The notes under the pieces: generated by a model
What the model was told of the DNA's origin: nothing
Database searches by the model: none
Seen by the model: the letters and a program-made list of their open reading frames with translations, nothing else
Shown here: positions 38,849 to 49,600 of the stretch, piece after piece
Layout of the letters: each line of letters begins with the position of its first letter
Numbering within the stretch: the stretch's first letter is position 1
Assembly: GCA_964449945.1 (NCBI GenBank)
Contig: CAYVBX010000001.1
Coordinates: 69,985-127,053, forward strand
DNA length: 57,069 nt
DNA from: an uncultured Candidatus Peribacteria bacterium
Lineage (GTDB): Bacteria; Patescibacteriota; Gracilibacteria; UBA1369; LOWO2-01-FULL-3
Direction of reading: 5' to 3'
Made by a program: the position numbers and the translations under genes

Positions 38849-39436
38849 TTAATTTTTTCTTATTATTACTGTACTACCATTTGGTCCGGGAACCGGTCCT
38901 TTAAAACAAATTAAGTTTTTACTTGGATCTAATAATTCTACTTTAACTCTTTCTATTGTGAGCTGGTTTGTTCCTGCGTGACCTGGGAGTTTTTTTCCTT
39001 TCATTACCCTTCCCGGTTTTGCACAAGCACCAACTGAACCTGGTTCTCTTGTTTGATGGGATCCATGACTTGCTGGACCTTTTGAAAAGCCCCACCTTTT
39101 AACTACACCTTGAAAGCCTTTTCCTTTTGTAATTCCAGTAACTTTTACTTTTTTTACTTCTGAAAAGGATTCTACAGTAATAGTATCTCCGATTTTAAAT
39201 GATTCTTCGTCTTCTTTATTGATCTTGAATTCTTTTAGAGTTTTGAATTTTTTTGTCTTGCTTGGTTTTTTAAGTTTTCCAAAGCCCAAAACGATAGCTG
39301 AATAGCCATCTTTCTCAATTGTTTTAACTTGAGTGATTTCATTTGGTGAACATTCAACAACGGTTACAGGTGTAACTGTTCCGTTCTCTTGAATTATACG
39401 AGTCATTCCGATTTTTTTTCCGATAAGTCCTGACAT
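38849..39436 (-). CDS. rplC: 50S ribosomal protein L3
   Basis: 195 aa. GLIGKKIGMTRI start and GKGFQGVVKRWGF motif. Confidence 0.97.
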   Translation of the reverse strand: MSGLIGKKIGMTRIIQENGTVTPVTVVECSPNEITQVKTIEKDGYSAIVLGFGKLKKPSKTKKFKTLKEFKINKEDEESFKIGDTITVESFSEVKKVKVTGITKGKGFQGVVKRWGFSKGPASHGSHQTREPGSVGACAKPGRVMKGKKLPGHAGTNQLTIERVKVELLDPSKNLICFKGPVPGPNGSTVIIRKN

Positions 39437-39512
39437 AATTTTTTAATGTTAATCGCTTTTATATGCGTCCTTTGTTTGATTTAAGTTATTAAACCTCTCA
39501 AAGGTGGTTTTT

Positions 39513-39592
39513 AACAAACAAGTTTTGTTTATTTGCCGTTGTAAGATACACAGTAGTTTTATGCTAGTCAAGCTTTTTTTTAAACTTGTTTG
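39513..39592 (-). other. long-range RNA stem (12 bp perfect, 13 bp with a G.U on the sense RNA) enclosing 56 nt within the 200-nt rpsJ-rplC spacer
   Basis: Plus-strand ACAAACAAGTTT (39513..39524) is the exact reverse complement of AAACTTGTTTGT (39581..39592). The spacer has no ATG on the minus strand. Confidence 0.5.
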
Positions 39593-39636
39593 TCGGCTTT
39601 TTAAAGCTGTTTTATTTAGTTTGAGTAGTCGAAAAA

Positions 39637-39966
39637 TTATTCTTGGTGTAGCATTTTGATTTCAATTTCAACACCTGCTGGAAGGGATAAGTTTGATAAT
39701 GATTCTATTGTTTTTGGTGTTGTTTCAGAAATGTCGATTAGTCGTGAGTGTGTTCTCATTTCAAATTGTTCTCTTGCTGTTTTGTGAACAAATGTTGATT
39801 TGTTTACAGTAAATTTTTCAATTTTTGTTGGAAGGGGGATTGGTCCTGCAACAATTGCTCCTGTTCTTTCTGCAGTGTCGATGATTAGTTTTGATGTTTC
39901 ATCGATTACTTTGTGGTCGAATGATCTGATTTTGATTCTGATTTTTTGCTTTGCGCCTTGTGCCAT
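39637..39966 (-). CDS. rpsJ: 30S ribosomal protein S10
   Basis: 109 aa. [21 protein letters not shown] and THSRLIDI motifs. Confidence 0.97.
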   Translation of the reverse strand: MAQGAKQKIRIKIRSFDHKVIDETSKLIIDTAERTGAIVAGPIPLPTKIEKFTVNKSTFVHKTAREQFEMRTHSRLIDISETTPKTIESLSNLSLPAGVEIEIKMLHQE

Positions 39967-40117
39967 TTTTTTTAGGTTAGCTAAATAACTGTTTTAAGCT
40001 TTTGCTCCAACAGTTTTTAAATAAATCTTTTTAAAATTTTCTGTGGAGATTTCGTATTTTTCTACGAAAGCCAGTTAAATAAAAACATTTGACTGGTCTT
40101 TTTAATAAGCTTTTAAA

Positions 40118-40140
40118 GAGGGACGAAAGCTTCGTCCCTC
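40118..40140 (-). terminator. G+C-rich hairpin terminator after tuf
   Basis: GAGGGACGAA-gcu-UUCGUCCCUC (9-10 bp) begins 14 nt after the tuf stop and is followed by UUUAAAA. By eye it is the strongest hairpin in the window. The U-tract is short. Confidence 0.6.
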
Positions 40141-40153
40141 AAATAAAAACCGA

Positions 40154-41347
40154 TTATTCAATGATTTTTGATACAACTCCTGCTCCAACTGTTCTTCCTC
40201 CTTCACGAATTGCGAATCTTGTACCTTCGTCAAGAGCAATAGCACTTCCTAGGTTGATTACCATTTTGATATTATCTCCCGGCATAACCATTTCTGTTCC
40301 TGCTGGTAGCTCTACTTCTCCTGTAACATCTGTTGTTCGGATATAGAATTGTGGTTTGTATCCTTTAAAGAATGGAGTATGTCTTCCACCTTCTTCTTTT
40401 GTAAGGATATAAAGTTCTGCTTCGAATTTTGTGTGTGGCTTAATTGAGCCTGGTTTTGCCATAACTTGTCCTCTTTCAATTTCTTCTCTTTCAATACCTC
40501 TTAGAAGAAGTCCGACATTGTCTCCTGCTTCTCCTCTGTCTAGTGTCTTTTTGAACATTTCAACTCCTGTAACTACAACTTTTCTTGTGTCTTTAATACC
40601 AACGATTTCAACTTCTTCTCCTGTCTTAACTACACCTTGTTCGATTTTTCCTGTTGCAACTGTTCCTCTTCCTTTAATTGAGAATACATCTTCAACTGGC
40701 ATTAAGAATGGTTTGTCGAGTTCTCTTTTTGGATCTGGTACATAAGTGTCTAAAACATCTAAAAGTTCGAGAATTGGTTTGATTGCTTCTTCGTCGTCTA
40801 GGTTTTCAAGAGCTTTAAGTGCTGATCCTTTAATGATTGGCGTATCGTCGCCTGGATATTCATATTTTGTTAGAAGTTCTCTGATTTCCATTTCTGAAAG
40901 TTCAGCGATTTCTGGATCTGCCATGTCCATTTTGTTCATGAAAACAACAATGTGTGGAACATTAACTTGATGAGCTAAAAGAATGTGTTCTCTTGTTTGT
41001 GGCATTGGACCGTCTGCGGCTGAAACTACTAGGATTGCGGCATCCATTTGAGCAGCTCCTGTAATCATGTTTTTGATGTAGTCGGCATGTCCTGGACAAT
41101 CTACATGAGCGTAGTGTCTTTTTGCTGTTTCGTATTCTTGGTGTGATGTAGCAATTGTGATACCTCTTTCTCTTTCTTCGGGTGCATTATCAATTTGGTC
41201 GTATGCAACCGCCTTGTTTGTGCCTCCCATTTTTTTTGCCGCTACTGTTGTAATTGCGGCTGTAAGGGTTGTCTTGCCGTGGTCAACGTGGCCTATTGTA
41301 CCTACATTGACGTGTGGCTTGGTCCTTTCAAATACTCCTTCTGCCAT
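40154..41347 (-). CDS. tuf: elongation factor Tu
   Basis: 397 aa. [18 protein letters not shown] and NKMD GTPase motifs. Near-universal EF-Tu sequence. Confidence 0.99.
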   Translation of the reverse strand: MAEGVFERTKPHVNVGTIGHVDHGKTTLTAAITTVAAKKMGGTNKAVAYDQIDNAPEERERGITIATSHQEYETAKRHYAHVDCPGHADYIKNMITGAAQMDAAILVVSAADGPMPQTREHILLAHQVNVPHIVVFMNKMDMADPEIAELSEMEIRELLTKYEYPGDDTPIIKGSALKALENLDDEEAIKPILELLDVLDTYVPDPKRELDKPFLMPVEDVFSIKGRGTVATGKIEQGVVKTGEEVEIVGIKDTRKVVVTGVEMFKKTLDRGEAGDNVGLLLRGIEREEIERGQVMAKPGSIKPHTKFEAELYILTKEEGGRHTPFFKGYKPQFYIRTTDVTGEVELPAGTEMVMPGDNIKMVINLGSAIALDEGTRFAIREGGRTVGAGVVSKIIE

Positions 41348-41450
41348 ATTGGTTTGTTAGAATTTAATTATTTATATTTTTAATTTAGTGAAAAGCGTTC
41401 GCATTTTATAGCATTGAATTTAATAATTCAAGTTATTTTACTTTTATGGT

Positions 41451-43544
41451 TTACCCTGTTGTTCTTTTTTTAATGATTTCATCTGCAACATTGTTTGGAA
41501 CTCTTTCGTAGTGTCCAAATTCCATTGTGTAATTTCCTCTTCCTTGAGTCATTGATCTAAGGTCTGTAACATATCCAAACATTTCAGCTAGTGGAATATG
41601 AGCTTTAATGAATTTAACCATTGATCTGTCTCCTGTTTCAAAAATTTTTCCTCTTCGAGAGCTAATATTTCCCATAACATCTCCAAAGTATTCATCTGGA
41701 ACTGTTACTTCAACATTCATAACTGGCTCCATAATAACTGCACCTGCTGATTTACATGCGTTTTGGAATGCTAGAGAACCTGCAATTTTAAATGCCATTT
41801 CTGAGGAGTCAACATCATGGTAAGAACCATCATAAATTTCGACTTTTATGTCTACCATTGGATAGCCTGCAAGTACTCCTTTTGACATTGCTTCTTGAAT
41901 TCCTTTGTCTATTGGTGCAATAAATTCTCTAGGGATTTTTCCTCCAACTATTGAGTTTACAAATTCATAGCCTTTTCCTGCTTCTTGAGGAAAAATGTTT
42001 AGAAGAACATGTCCGTATTGACCTTTACCTCCTGATTGTTTTGCATATTTTTCTTCTCCTTTCGCTTGGTTTGTAATTGTTTCTCTGTAAGCAACTTGTG
42101 GTGCTCCCACATTCGTTTCAACTTTAAATTCTCTTCTCATACGATCAACGATGATGTCTAAGTGAAGCTCTCCAACACCTCCAATAATTGTTTGTCCTGT
42201 TTCTTCGTCTGTGTGAACTTTAAGTGTTGGATCTTCGGAAGTAAGTCTTTGTAGTGCAAGACCCATTTTTTCTTGATCGGCTTTAGTTTTAGGTTCGATA
42301 GCCATATGGATAACTGGTTCCCTAAAATTTATTGATTCTAAAATTACTGGCTTGTTTACATCGCAAAGAGTGTTTCCTGTTGTTGTTTTTTTTAGTCCTA
42401 CCATGGCGGCGATATCTCCAGCGTGTACTTCTTTTACATCTTCTCTATGGTTTGCGTGCATTCTGAGTAGTCGTCCTATTCTTTCTTTAGTATCAGTTGT
42501 TGGATTGTAAACATAGGAGCCTGATTCAAGTTTTCCTGAATAAACTCTGAAAAAGGTAAGACTTCCGACGAATGGATCTGTTGCGATTTTGAATGCTAAT
42601 GCTGTAAAGGGTTCTGAGTCTTCAGGTTTTCTTAGTATTTCTTCACCTGTTTTTACATCAGTTCCTTTTATGTCTGGTTTGTCGTATGGGCTTGGAAGGT
42701 AATTACATACTGCGTCAAGAAGTAGTTGAACACCCATATTTCTTAGGGCTGTTCCACATAAAATTGGGTAAAGTTTGTTTTGGCAAACTGCTTTTCTTAG
42801 TGCGGTTTTTATTTCTGCTACTGTGATTTCTTTTTCTTCAAGAAATTTTTCCATAAGTGCGTCGTCGTGTTCGGAAACTTTTTCAACTAAAATTGCTCTG
42901 TGTTTTTGAACTAATTCTTTCATGTCTTCTGGGATTTCTATTTCCTTGATTGTTTCACCTTTTTCTCCTTCAAATGTGAAGGCTTTTTCTTCGATAATGT
43001 CGATGATTCCTTTAAAGTCATTTTCTGCTCCAATTGGAAGCTGAATTGCTATTGCGCTTGCTGATAATCTTTCGTGAATTGTTCTTAAGCTCATGAAAAA
43101 GTCTGCGCCAGTTTTGTCCATTTTATTTACAAAACCGAGTCGAGGAACTTCATATTTGTCTGCTTGTCTCCAAACTGTTTCTGATTGAGGTTCTACTCCT
43201 TGTGCTCCGTCAAAAATTGTAACACCTCCATCTAGTACGCGAAGTGATCTTTCTACCTCTACGGTAAAATCTACATGCCCCGGAGTGTCGATAAGATTTA
43301 TTTTGTATTGATCGTTTTGGTCATTTATCATTTTCCAAAAACATGTTGTGGCGGCTGATGTAATTGTAATTCCTCGTTCTCTTTCTTGATCCATCCAGTC
43401 CATTTGAGATTCTCCATCGTGTGTTTCTCCTATTTTGTGCGATTTTCCTGTGTAAAAAAGAATTCTTTCTGACACTGTTGTTTTTCCTGCATCAATGTGC
43501 GCGATAATACCGATGTTTCGCAGTTTTTTAAGGTCTTCAGCCAT
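41451..43544 (-). CDS. fusA: elongation factor G
   Basis: 697 aa. [17 protein letters not shown] and NKMDK motifs with five-domain EF-G length. Confidence 0.99.
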   Translation of the reverse strand: MAEDLKKLRNIGIIAHIDAGKTTVSERILFYTGKSHKIGETHDGESQMDWMDQERERGITITSAATTCFWKMINDQNDQYKINLIDTPGHVDFTVEVERSLRVLDGGVTIFDGAQGVEPQSETVWRQADKYEVPRLGFVNKMDKTGADFFMSLRTIHERLSASAIAIQLPIGAENDFKGIIDIIEEKAFTFEGEKGETIKEIEIPEDMKELVQKHRAILVEKVSEHDDALMEKFLEEKEITVAEIKTALRKAVCQNKLYPILCGTALRNMGVQLLLDAVCNYLPSPYDKPDIKGTDVKTGEEILRKPEDSEPFTALAFKIATDPFVGSLTFFRVYSGKLESGSYVYNPTTDTKERIGRLLRMHANHREDVKEVHAGDIAAMVGLKKTTTGNTLCDVNKPVILESINFREPVIHMAIEPKTKADQEKMGLALQRLTSEDPTLKVHTDEETGQTIIGGVGELHLDIIVDRMRREFKVETNVGAPQVAYRETITNQAKGEEKYAKQSGGKGQYGHVLLNIFPQEAGKGYEFVNSIVGGKIPREFIAPIDKGIQEAMSKGVLAGYPMVDIKVEIYDGSYHDVDSSEMAFKIAGSLAFQNACKSAGAVIMEPVMNVEVTVPDEYFGDVMGNISSRRGKIFETGDRSMVKFIKAHIPLAEMFGYVTDLRSMTQGRGNYTMEFGHYERVPNNVADEIIKKRTTG

Positions 43545-43597
43545 GATTATTTTGATTAGTTGTTATGTTTTTAGACAAAAAAGTCCTATGTAGAGGC

Positions 43598-43625
43598 ATT
43601 ATATAAGTCAATTAACTAAAGTCAA
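43598..43625 (-). promoter_or_regulatory. consensus sigma70-like promoter for fusA-tuf
   Basis: Minus strand TTGACT-16 nt-TATAAT, ending about 53 nt upstream of the fusA ATG. Confidence 0.6.
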
Positions 43626-43846
43626 TAAATATTTTATTTCGAAAATTGTTCTTATGTTGTCTTTATTGGTTTCCTTTTTAAGCTGTTTGTTGCTTTTGAT
43701 GTTTATTTTTTTATGAGGCTTTTTATAGTGTTTTGCTTTGATCTTTTTTTAGGAAAATTTGTTTTGTTTTAGTTTTTTGTAAAAATTTTCTAATATATTA
43801 TTAGTTTTGTAGTTTTTTTTAACTTAGTATAATTGTGAAATTTTTT

Positions 43847-44908
43847 CTAATACCTCTCCAGTCTTGCGATTCTGTCGGACATTGGGGGGTGGGTGGACCA
43901 GATGCGGGACCAGAGGCTTGGTTTTTTTGAGGGTTTGTTTAAATGAAGGTTTGAGGAATTTAGGCTGTCTAGGTTGTGAGCTTGGGGAGGTGAGATATGG
44001 GTAAATTCTTTTTGGTGGTTTTTATGGCCACTTGCTGTTGGATCGGCTATGCAAAGGCCTGCCATTGATGCTTTTTTGTCTAAAACTTCAATTCTTGCGT
44101 TTTCGGATATTTTTTTAAGTGCTGTGGCAAGGGCTCTTGGATTGTGTGTTAAGGTAGCGGATGTTGCATCGGCTAAATATTCTCGTTCTCGACTGATTGC
44201 AAGTTTTGTAAGAGTTGCAAGTAATGTTCCTATTGTAATGAATAAAAGGCCTATAAAGAAAAGTGCGCTTGAGCTTTTCGAATTGTCTGATGATCTAGTA
44301 AAACCGCCTGTTCTAAGCAACAATTCTCCAAGCATTTGAACAGCTCCAACTAGTGTTATTGAAATAAGCATAACTCTAATGTCGCGATTTAAAATGTGTC
44401 CGACTTCGTGAGCCATAACGGCTTCGAGTTCGGCTTTTGTAAGTTTTTCTAAAAGACCTCTTGAAATTGCAACTTTTGAATCTTTGGGAGAGTTTCCTGT
44501 GGCAAATGCGTTTAAGCTCATATCTTCAATAATATAAATATCTGGTGTTTTTGGAAGTCCTGCAGATATTGAGACGTTTTCAACAGATCTGAAAAGTTCG
44601 GGATGATCTTTTTTTTGAATTGGTTTTGCTCCTGCAAATGCAAGAATCATTTTACTTCCGAGAAAATAACTGATTAAAGACCAAATAAAAACACCAAGAA
44701 GAACCCAGAAACCTACTGTTTTCATCATTTCATTTGCTAAATCAGTTGGGGAAATGTAGGCAGGTGTGTCTGAAAATGCAAGTGCAATTAAGATTCCAAA
44801 ATAAGTAAGGCCTATAATAATTATGGGGAATGCAATAAATAAATAAATTGTTTTAAATCTGTTTGCGCGTATTTGATCGTGTATACTACCTTTAAAATCT
44901 TTAGACAT
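43847..44908 (-). CDS. htpX: M48-family zinc metalloprotease HtpX-like
   Basis: 353 aa. N-terminal TM helices, HEVGHILNRD (HExxH), downstream EREYLAD third-ligand region, C-terminal STHPPMSDRIARL. Confidence 0.9.
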   Translation of the reverse strand: MSKDFKGSIHDQIRANRFKTIYLFIAFPIIIIGLTYFGILIALAFSDTPAYISPTDLANEMMKTVGFWVLLGVFIWSLISYFLGSKMILAFAGAKPIQKKDHPELFRSVENVSISAGLPKTPDIYIIEDMSLNAFATGNSPKDSKVAISRGLLEKLTKAELEAVMAHEVGHILNRDIRVMLISITLVGAVQMLGELLLRTGGFTRSSDNSKSSSALFFIGLLFITIGTLLATLTKLAISREREYLADATSATLTHNPRALATALKKISENARIEVLDKKASMAGLCIADPTASGHKNHQKEFTHISPPQAHNLDSLNSSNLHLNKPSKKPSLWSRIWSTHPPMSDRIARLERY

Positions 44909-44918
44909 TTTTTATTGA

Positions 44919-45482
44919 TTAAAAACTTACTTTTGTTGGGTTTTTTGCTTCTTCTTTTTCTGATGAGTCGATTTCAAAAAATTCAGCTTTTTTAAATTTA
45001 AAAATATTTGCAATAATATTTGTTGGAACACTTTCGATAGATGTATTTAGGCTTTTAACTGATGAATTGTAAAATCTTCTTGAAGCGGATAATTTGTCTT
45101 CTGTGTCTGAAAGTTCTTGTTGAAGATGTAGGAAGTTTTGATCGGCCTTGAGTGCTGGATAATTTTCCGCAACTGCAAAAAGTGATTTTAATGTATCTGA
45201 AACCATATTTTCAGCTTTTGCTTTTTCTTGAATGTTTCCAGATTGCATAGCCTGTGTTCGTGCTTTTGTAATGTTTTCGAAGGTTTCTGATTCATGTTTT
45301 GCATATCCTTTAACTGTATTTACGAGATTTGGGATTAAATCGTATCGTCTTTTTAACTGTACTTCAATTCCTGCGTAAGATTCTTTGACATTGTTTCTTT
45401 TTCCGATAAGAGAATTATATAGAAAAACGGAAAGAATGGCTGGGAAAATTATGATTGCTAGTAAGATTAGTAGGATGTCCAT
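44919..45482 (-). CDS. lemA: LemA family membrane protein
   Basis: 187 aa. Single N-terminal TM helix, then RRYDLIPNLVNTVKGYAKHESETFENITKAR, typical of LemA. Confidence 0.9.
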   Translation of the reverse strand: MDILLILLAIIIFPAILSVFLYNSLIGKRNNVKESYAGIEVQLKRRYDLIPNLVNTVKGYAKHESETFENITKARTQAMQSGNIQEKAKAENMVSDTLKSLFAVAENYPALKADQNFLHLQQELSDTEDKLSASRRFYNSSVKSLNTSIESVPTNIIANIFKFKKAEFFEIDSSEKEEAKNPTKVSF

Positions 45483-45514
45483 TTTTTTTGGGTTATTTGG
45501 GTGTTTAATGCTTA

Positions 45515-45540
45515 AAGATAATAATTGTTTTTATTATCTT
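45515..45540. repeat. perfect 10-bp inverted repeat (AAGATAATAA-ttgttt-TTATTATCTT) 33 nt upstream of lemA
   Basis: Direct reading. All A/T apart from a single G:C pair per arm. Confidence 0.6.
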
Positions 45541-45662
45541 TTGCAAGATTCGGCAATGTGAATGAGAAGAAATGAAAATTTGATTTTTTTGTTTTAAAAA
45601 AGTTTGAGTTTGTGAAGAGATTGAGAGGGAATTATTTTATGTGATGAGTCGGATTTGATTGT

Positions 45663-45687
45663 AAAAAAAAAGCCCTTTTTGGGGCTT
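45663..45687 (-). terminator. rho-independent terminator after rpsG
   Basis: Minus-strand RNA AAGCCC-caaaaa-GGGCUU followed by seven U, 27 nt after the rpsG stop. Confidence 0.75.
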
Positions 45688-45713
45688 CTTTTGATTGTTG
45701 ATTTATAAGTTTC

Positions 45714-46172
45714 TTAGTATCTTGCAAAATGGGCGAAGGCTTTGTTGGCTTGTGCCATTTTGTGTGTGTCTTCTTTTTTTCTGATTGCAGATCCTGTTTC
45801 GTTTGATGCGTCGATTATTTCACCAGCTAGTCTGTTTGCCATTGATGTTCCTTTTTTAGATCTTGATGCTGAAAGAAGCCATCTGAATGCAAGAGTGAGT
45901 TGTCTGTCGGGTCGAACTTCTCTTGGAACTTGATAAACTGCTCCTCCAATTCTTTTTGCCTTAACTTCCATTTGAGGTTTGATGTTTGAAATTGCAAGCT
46001 CAAATATTTTTTCTGGATCTGTTGATGATTTTTTGCTTACGATTTTTAGGGTGTCATCAAATATTTTTCTTGCTATTGATTTTTTGCCATCTTTCATAAG
46101 GCAATTAATAAATTTTTCCTGCATTGGTGAGGAGTTTTCTGGAATAAATTTTTTAATCTTAGATTTGTTCAT
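45714..46172 (-). CDS. rpsG: 30S ribosomal protein S7
   Basis: 152 aa. MKDGKKSIARKIF and GGAVYQVPREVRPDRQ motifs. Confidence 0.97.
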   Translation of the reverse strand: MNKSKIKKFIPENSSPMQEKFINCLMKDGKKSIARKIFDDTLKIVSKKSSTDPEKIFELAISNIKPQMEVKAKRIGGAVYQVPREVRPDRQLTLAFRWLLSASRSKKGTSMANRLAGEIIDASNETGSAIRKKEDTHKMAQANKAFAHFARY

Positions 46173-46184
46173 AATTTATATATG

Positions 46185-46595
46185 TTATTTGCCTTTTTTA
46201 GTGCCGTATTTTGATCTGCTTTGTTTTCTGTTGTTTACACCTGTTGTGTCGAGGTTTCCTCTTACGATATGGTATCTAATACCTGGTAAGTCTTTAACCC
46301 TTCCTCCTCTTATAAGTACGATTGAGTGTTCTTGTAGGTTGTGTCCTTCACCTGGAATGTATGCATTAACTTCCATTCCGTTTGTGAGTTTTACTTTTGC
46401 AATTTTTCTAAGAGCTGAGTTTGGTTTTTTTGGTGTCATTGTGGTGACTTTTGTACAAACCCCTCTTTTTTGTGGGCAATTCTGTTTTGTTGATTTGTTT
46501 TTAAGTGTGTTAAAGCCGACTTGCAAGGCAGGTGCCTTTGATTTCTTTTTTGGTGTTCGTCTTTCGCACTTAATTAATTGATTAATCGTTGGCAT
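46185..46595 (-). CDS. rpsL: 30S ribosomal protein S12
   Basis: 136 aa. MPTINQLI start, [10 protein letters not shown] and [20 protein letters not shown] motifs. Confidence 0.98.
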   Translation of the reverse strand: MPTINQLIKCERRTPKKKSKAPALQVGFNTLKNKSTKQNCPQKRGVCTKVTTMTPKKPNSALRKIAKVKLTNGMEVNAYIPGEGHNLQEHSIVLIRGGRVKDLPGIRYHIVRGNLDTTGVNNRKQSRSKYGTKKGK

Positions 46596-46624
46596 AATAA
46601 GTTTATTTTATTAAGTAGAGCTAA

Positions 46625-46651
46625 ATTATATTAAGTTTTTTTAAAATGCAA
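46625..46651 (-). promoter_or_regulatory. possible promoter upstream of rpsL (short spacer)
   Basis: Minus strand TTGCAT-15 nt-TATAAT. The hexamers are good but a 15-nt spacer is suboptimal. Confidence 0.3.
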
Positions 46652-46687
46652 TAGAAATTAGCTTTTTGAAAAGTTTAATTATTTGCA

Positions 46688-49600
46688 TTAAATTAGTGGT
46701 GTTCGTTCTTGATAAGCTTTTATTTCCTCTTCTGGCATTTCTTCAATTTCAACTATGTGTTTTCGTCCTGCAATCATGTTTTCTAGATCTGCTTGGTTTC
46801 TTTTTCTGTATGTTTCTCCTGCAGGGATTAGTTTTCCTATTATTACGTTTTCTTTTAGTCCTTCGAGTTTATCAATTTTGTTTGTTGTTGAAGCTTCAAC
46901 AAGTACACGAATTGTTTCTTGGAAGGATGCGGCTGATAGCCATGAATTTGTGCTTAGAGAAATTCTTGAAAGTCCCATTAGGAGTCGTTCTCCTGTGGCT
47001 TTTGCTTTACCTTCTTCTATTAGTTTTGCATTTGCTTTATTGTAAGTGATTATGTCGACAACTTCTCCCGGTAGATATTCTGAGTCGCCACCGTCAATAA
47101 TTCTTACTTTTGAAAGCATTTGTTTTGCTATGATTTCAACATGTTTGTCGTTGATTGATTGTCCTTGAGATTCATAAATTTTTTGAACTTCAGTAACTAA
47201 ATACTTTCCAACTGCATAAACTCCAGAATGAAGCATTAGTTGTTTTAGATCTAAGTGTCCGTTTGTAATTGCTTGTCCTTTTTCTATCATTTCGCCTGAT
47301 TTGATTGTTATGGTTCGGCCTGCTGGGACTATGTATGTTTTTGAAACTGGACCACTTGATTTTATAACGATGTGTTCTCCAGTTATTTCTTTTACTTTTC
47401 CTTCGGTAATTGCTTTTAATGATGTTTTTTGTTCGTCGGATCTGGCAATAGTCATTTTTGGTTTTACTATTGCCCCTTCCTTGACTGTTGCTTGCATATC
47501 TCCAATTAGTTCGTATTTAGTTTCGATTGCATCAAGAGAAGTAATTTCAACTTCGTTTATTTTACCTTTTTGTTTAACTTTTGATTTTCCTCCGATCTCA
47601 GCAATTATAGCTGGGCTTTTTGGCGTTCTTGCTTCAAAAAGTTCTTCAACTCTTGTAAGACCTTGTGTAATATCTCCTCCTTCTTGCGCAACACCTCCTG
47701 AGTGGAATGTTCTCATGGTTAGCTGAGTTCCCGGTTCACCAATTGATTGAGCAGCAATAATTCCAACTGCAACGCCTAGATCGACTGGTTTGTTTGTTCC
47801 AAGATCTTTTCCATAACAAGCACCACAAATTCCATTTTCGGTGTTGCACGTCATTACTGATCGAAGTTTTACTTCTTTAATTTCGTGTTTGTTGAAAAGT
47901 TCTATTGTTTCTGTTTCTATGATGTTTCCTGCTTTTTCAAGAATTTCTCCTGTTTGTCTGTCTACAACATCTTCTCCGAGAGTTCTTCCGTAAATTTTTG
48001 ATTCAAATTTTTCGCTTTCTCCGTCGTTGTATCGAGAAATAGTGTGATATTGTGTTGATCCACAGTCTAATTCTCTTATGACAAGATCCTGACAAGCGTC
48101 TACAAGCCTTCTTGTGAGGTATCCTGCTTCAGCCGTATTTAGCGCTGTATCTGATTTTCCTTTTCTTCCTCCATGTGTTGCCACGAAGTATTCAAGAATT
48201 GTAAATCCTTCTTTTAAGTTTGATTTAATTGGAAGTTCGATGGTTTTACCTGCTGGATTTGCAACAAGTCCTTTCATTCCTGCCATTTGTGTTACTTGTC
48301 CCCAGTTTCCTCTAGCTCCAGAGTCTATCATGTAGTAAATGTTGTTGTCTGAATCAACTGAATTGATCATTGCATTTGTAATATCTGTTTTTGCTGAAGA
48401 CCAAACTTTGATAGTGTGCAAATATCTTTCGTCATCTGTGATAAGTCCTTTCCAGAAGAAATTATTGATTTGTCTTACTAGTTCTGAAGCTTCTTCAATT
48501 CTTTGCTTTTTTATGTCTGGAATAGACATGTCTGCTTGTGAAATTGAAATTCCTGAAGTTGTAGCATATTTATAACCTGTTGCTTTTAAGTTGTCGGCAA
48601 GAATTGCGGTTGCTTTTTCTCCATAGTTTTTGAAAGATTCAGAAACTAATTTTGAAATTGCTGATTTGTTCATCGCTTTATTTAAAAACTTCATTCCTTG
48701 TGGAAGACAATTGTTGAAAATAATTCGACCAACTGTTGTGTCGATGATTTCACCGTCTACACGATATTTGATTGGAGATTGAAGATGAACAAGATCAGAT
48801 TGATAAGCAAACATCGCTTCTTCTTTTGTTCCAAAAATCATTCCTTCTCCTTTTTTGCCTTCTGTCATTTTTGTTAAATAATGACAACCTAAAACTATAT
48901 CTTGTGCAGGAGTTATAATTGGTAATCCTGTTGCTGGTTTTAACATGTTTTTTGCAGAGAGCATAATCTCTCTTGATTCTTTTTGTGCTGAAGCCGAAAG
49001 GGGAACATGGATAGCCATTTGATCTCCATCAAAGTCGGCATTGTATGCGGCACAAACAAGTGGGTGAATTTGAATAGCTTTTCCTTCAATTAGTTTTGGA
49101 CGGAAGGCTTGAATTCCTAATCTGTGAAGAGTAGGGGCTCTATTTAGAAGAACATTGTAATTGTTTGTTATGTCTTCAAGTATGTCCCAAACTTCTTTTT
49201 TAGAATTTTGAATTAGTTTTTCAGCCATTTTGATGTTGTGTGCGAAACCATCTCTGATTAGTCGACCTATAATAAATGGCTTAAACAACTCGACTGCCAT
49301 AAGTTTTGGTATTCCACATTCGTCTAGTTTTAGATTTGGACCGACAACGATTACTGAACGACCTGAATAGTCGACACGCTTTCCAAGTAGGTTTTGTCTG
49401 AAACGACCTTGTTTTCCTTTAAGCATATCTGAAAGAGATCTGAGTTTTCGTTTTTCTCCTGCGTTAAAGGCTGTTCTTCCTTGTCTTGTTGAATTGTTTA
49501 AAAGTGTATCTATTGCTTCTTGAAGCATTCTTTTTTCATTTCGGCAAATAACCTCAGGTGCTCCAATTGACATTAGTCTTTTTAAACGATTGTTTCGGTT

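Noticed and set aside
39967-40112. Promoter and L4-type leader upstream of rpsJ
   Set aside because: Only weak hexamers (TTGGAG/TATTTA, too close to the ATG) and a 6-bp hairpin (TTCGTA-gaaaaa-TACGAA) are present. That is not enough to call either feature.
40089-40117. Plus-strand promoter-like TTGACT-17 nt-TTTAAA pointing antisense into tuf
   Set aside because: The -10 lacks the invariant final T, and it would fire directly into the tuf terminator hairpin. Such near-matches are frequent in A+T-rich spacers.
43654-43716. 20-codon hydrophobic mini-ORF (MLSLLVSFLSCLLLLMFIFL) in the htpX-fusA gap, superficially like a type I toxin
   Set aside because: The region is simply T-rich, so TTN/CTN codons give Phe/Leu by chance. 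There is no ribosome-binding context, no flanking structured RNA and no partner antisense element.
45520-45548. lemA promoter built from TTGCAA and TATTAT
   Set aside because: On careful counting the spacer is 19 nt for TATTAT, and with 17 nt the -10 reads ATTATT. No convincing promoter can be called here.
45979-46581. 200-aa plus-strand ORF spanning rpsG, the 12-nt gap and rpsL on the opposite strand
   Set aside because: It is F/L/S/C-rich, the mirror image of K/R-rich, codon-biased ribosomal genes. It has no recognisable family or translation signals. Such antisense shadow frames are expected opposite highly constrained genes.
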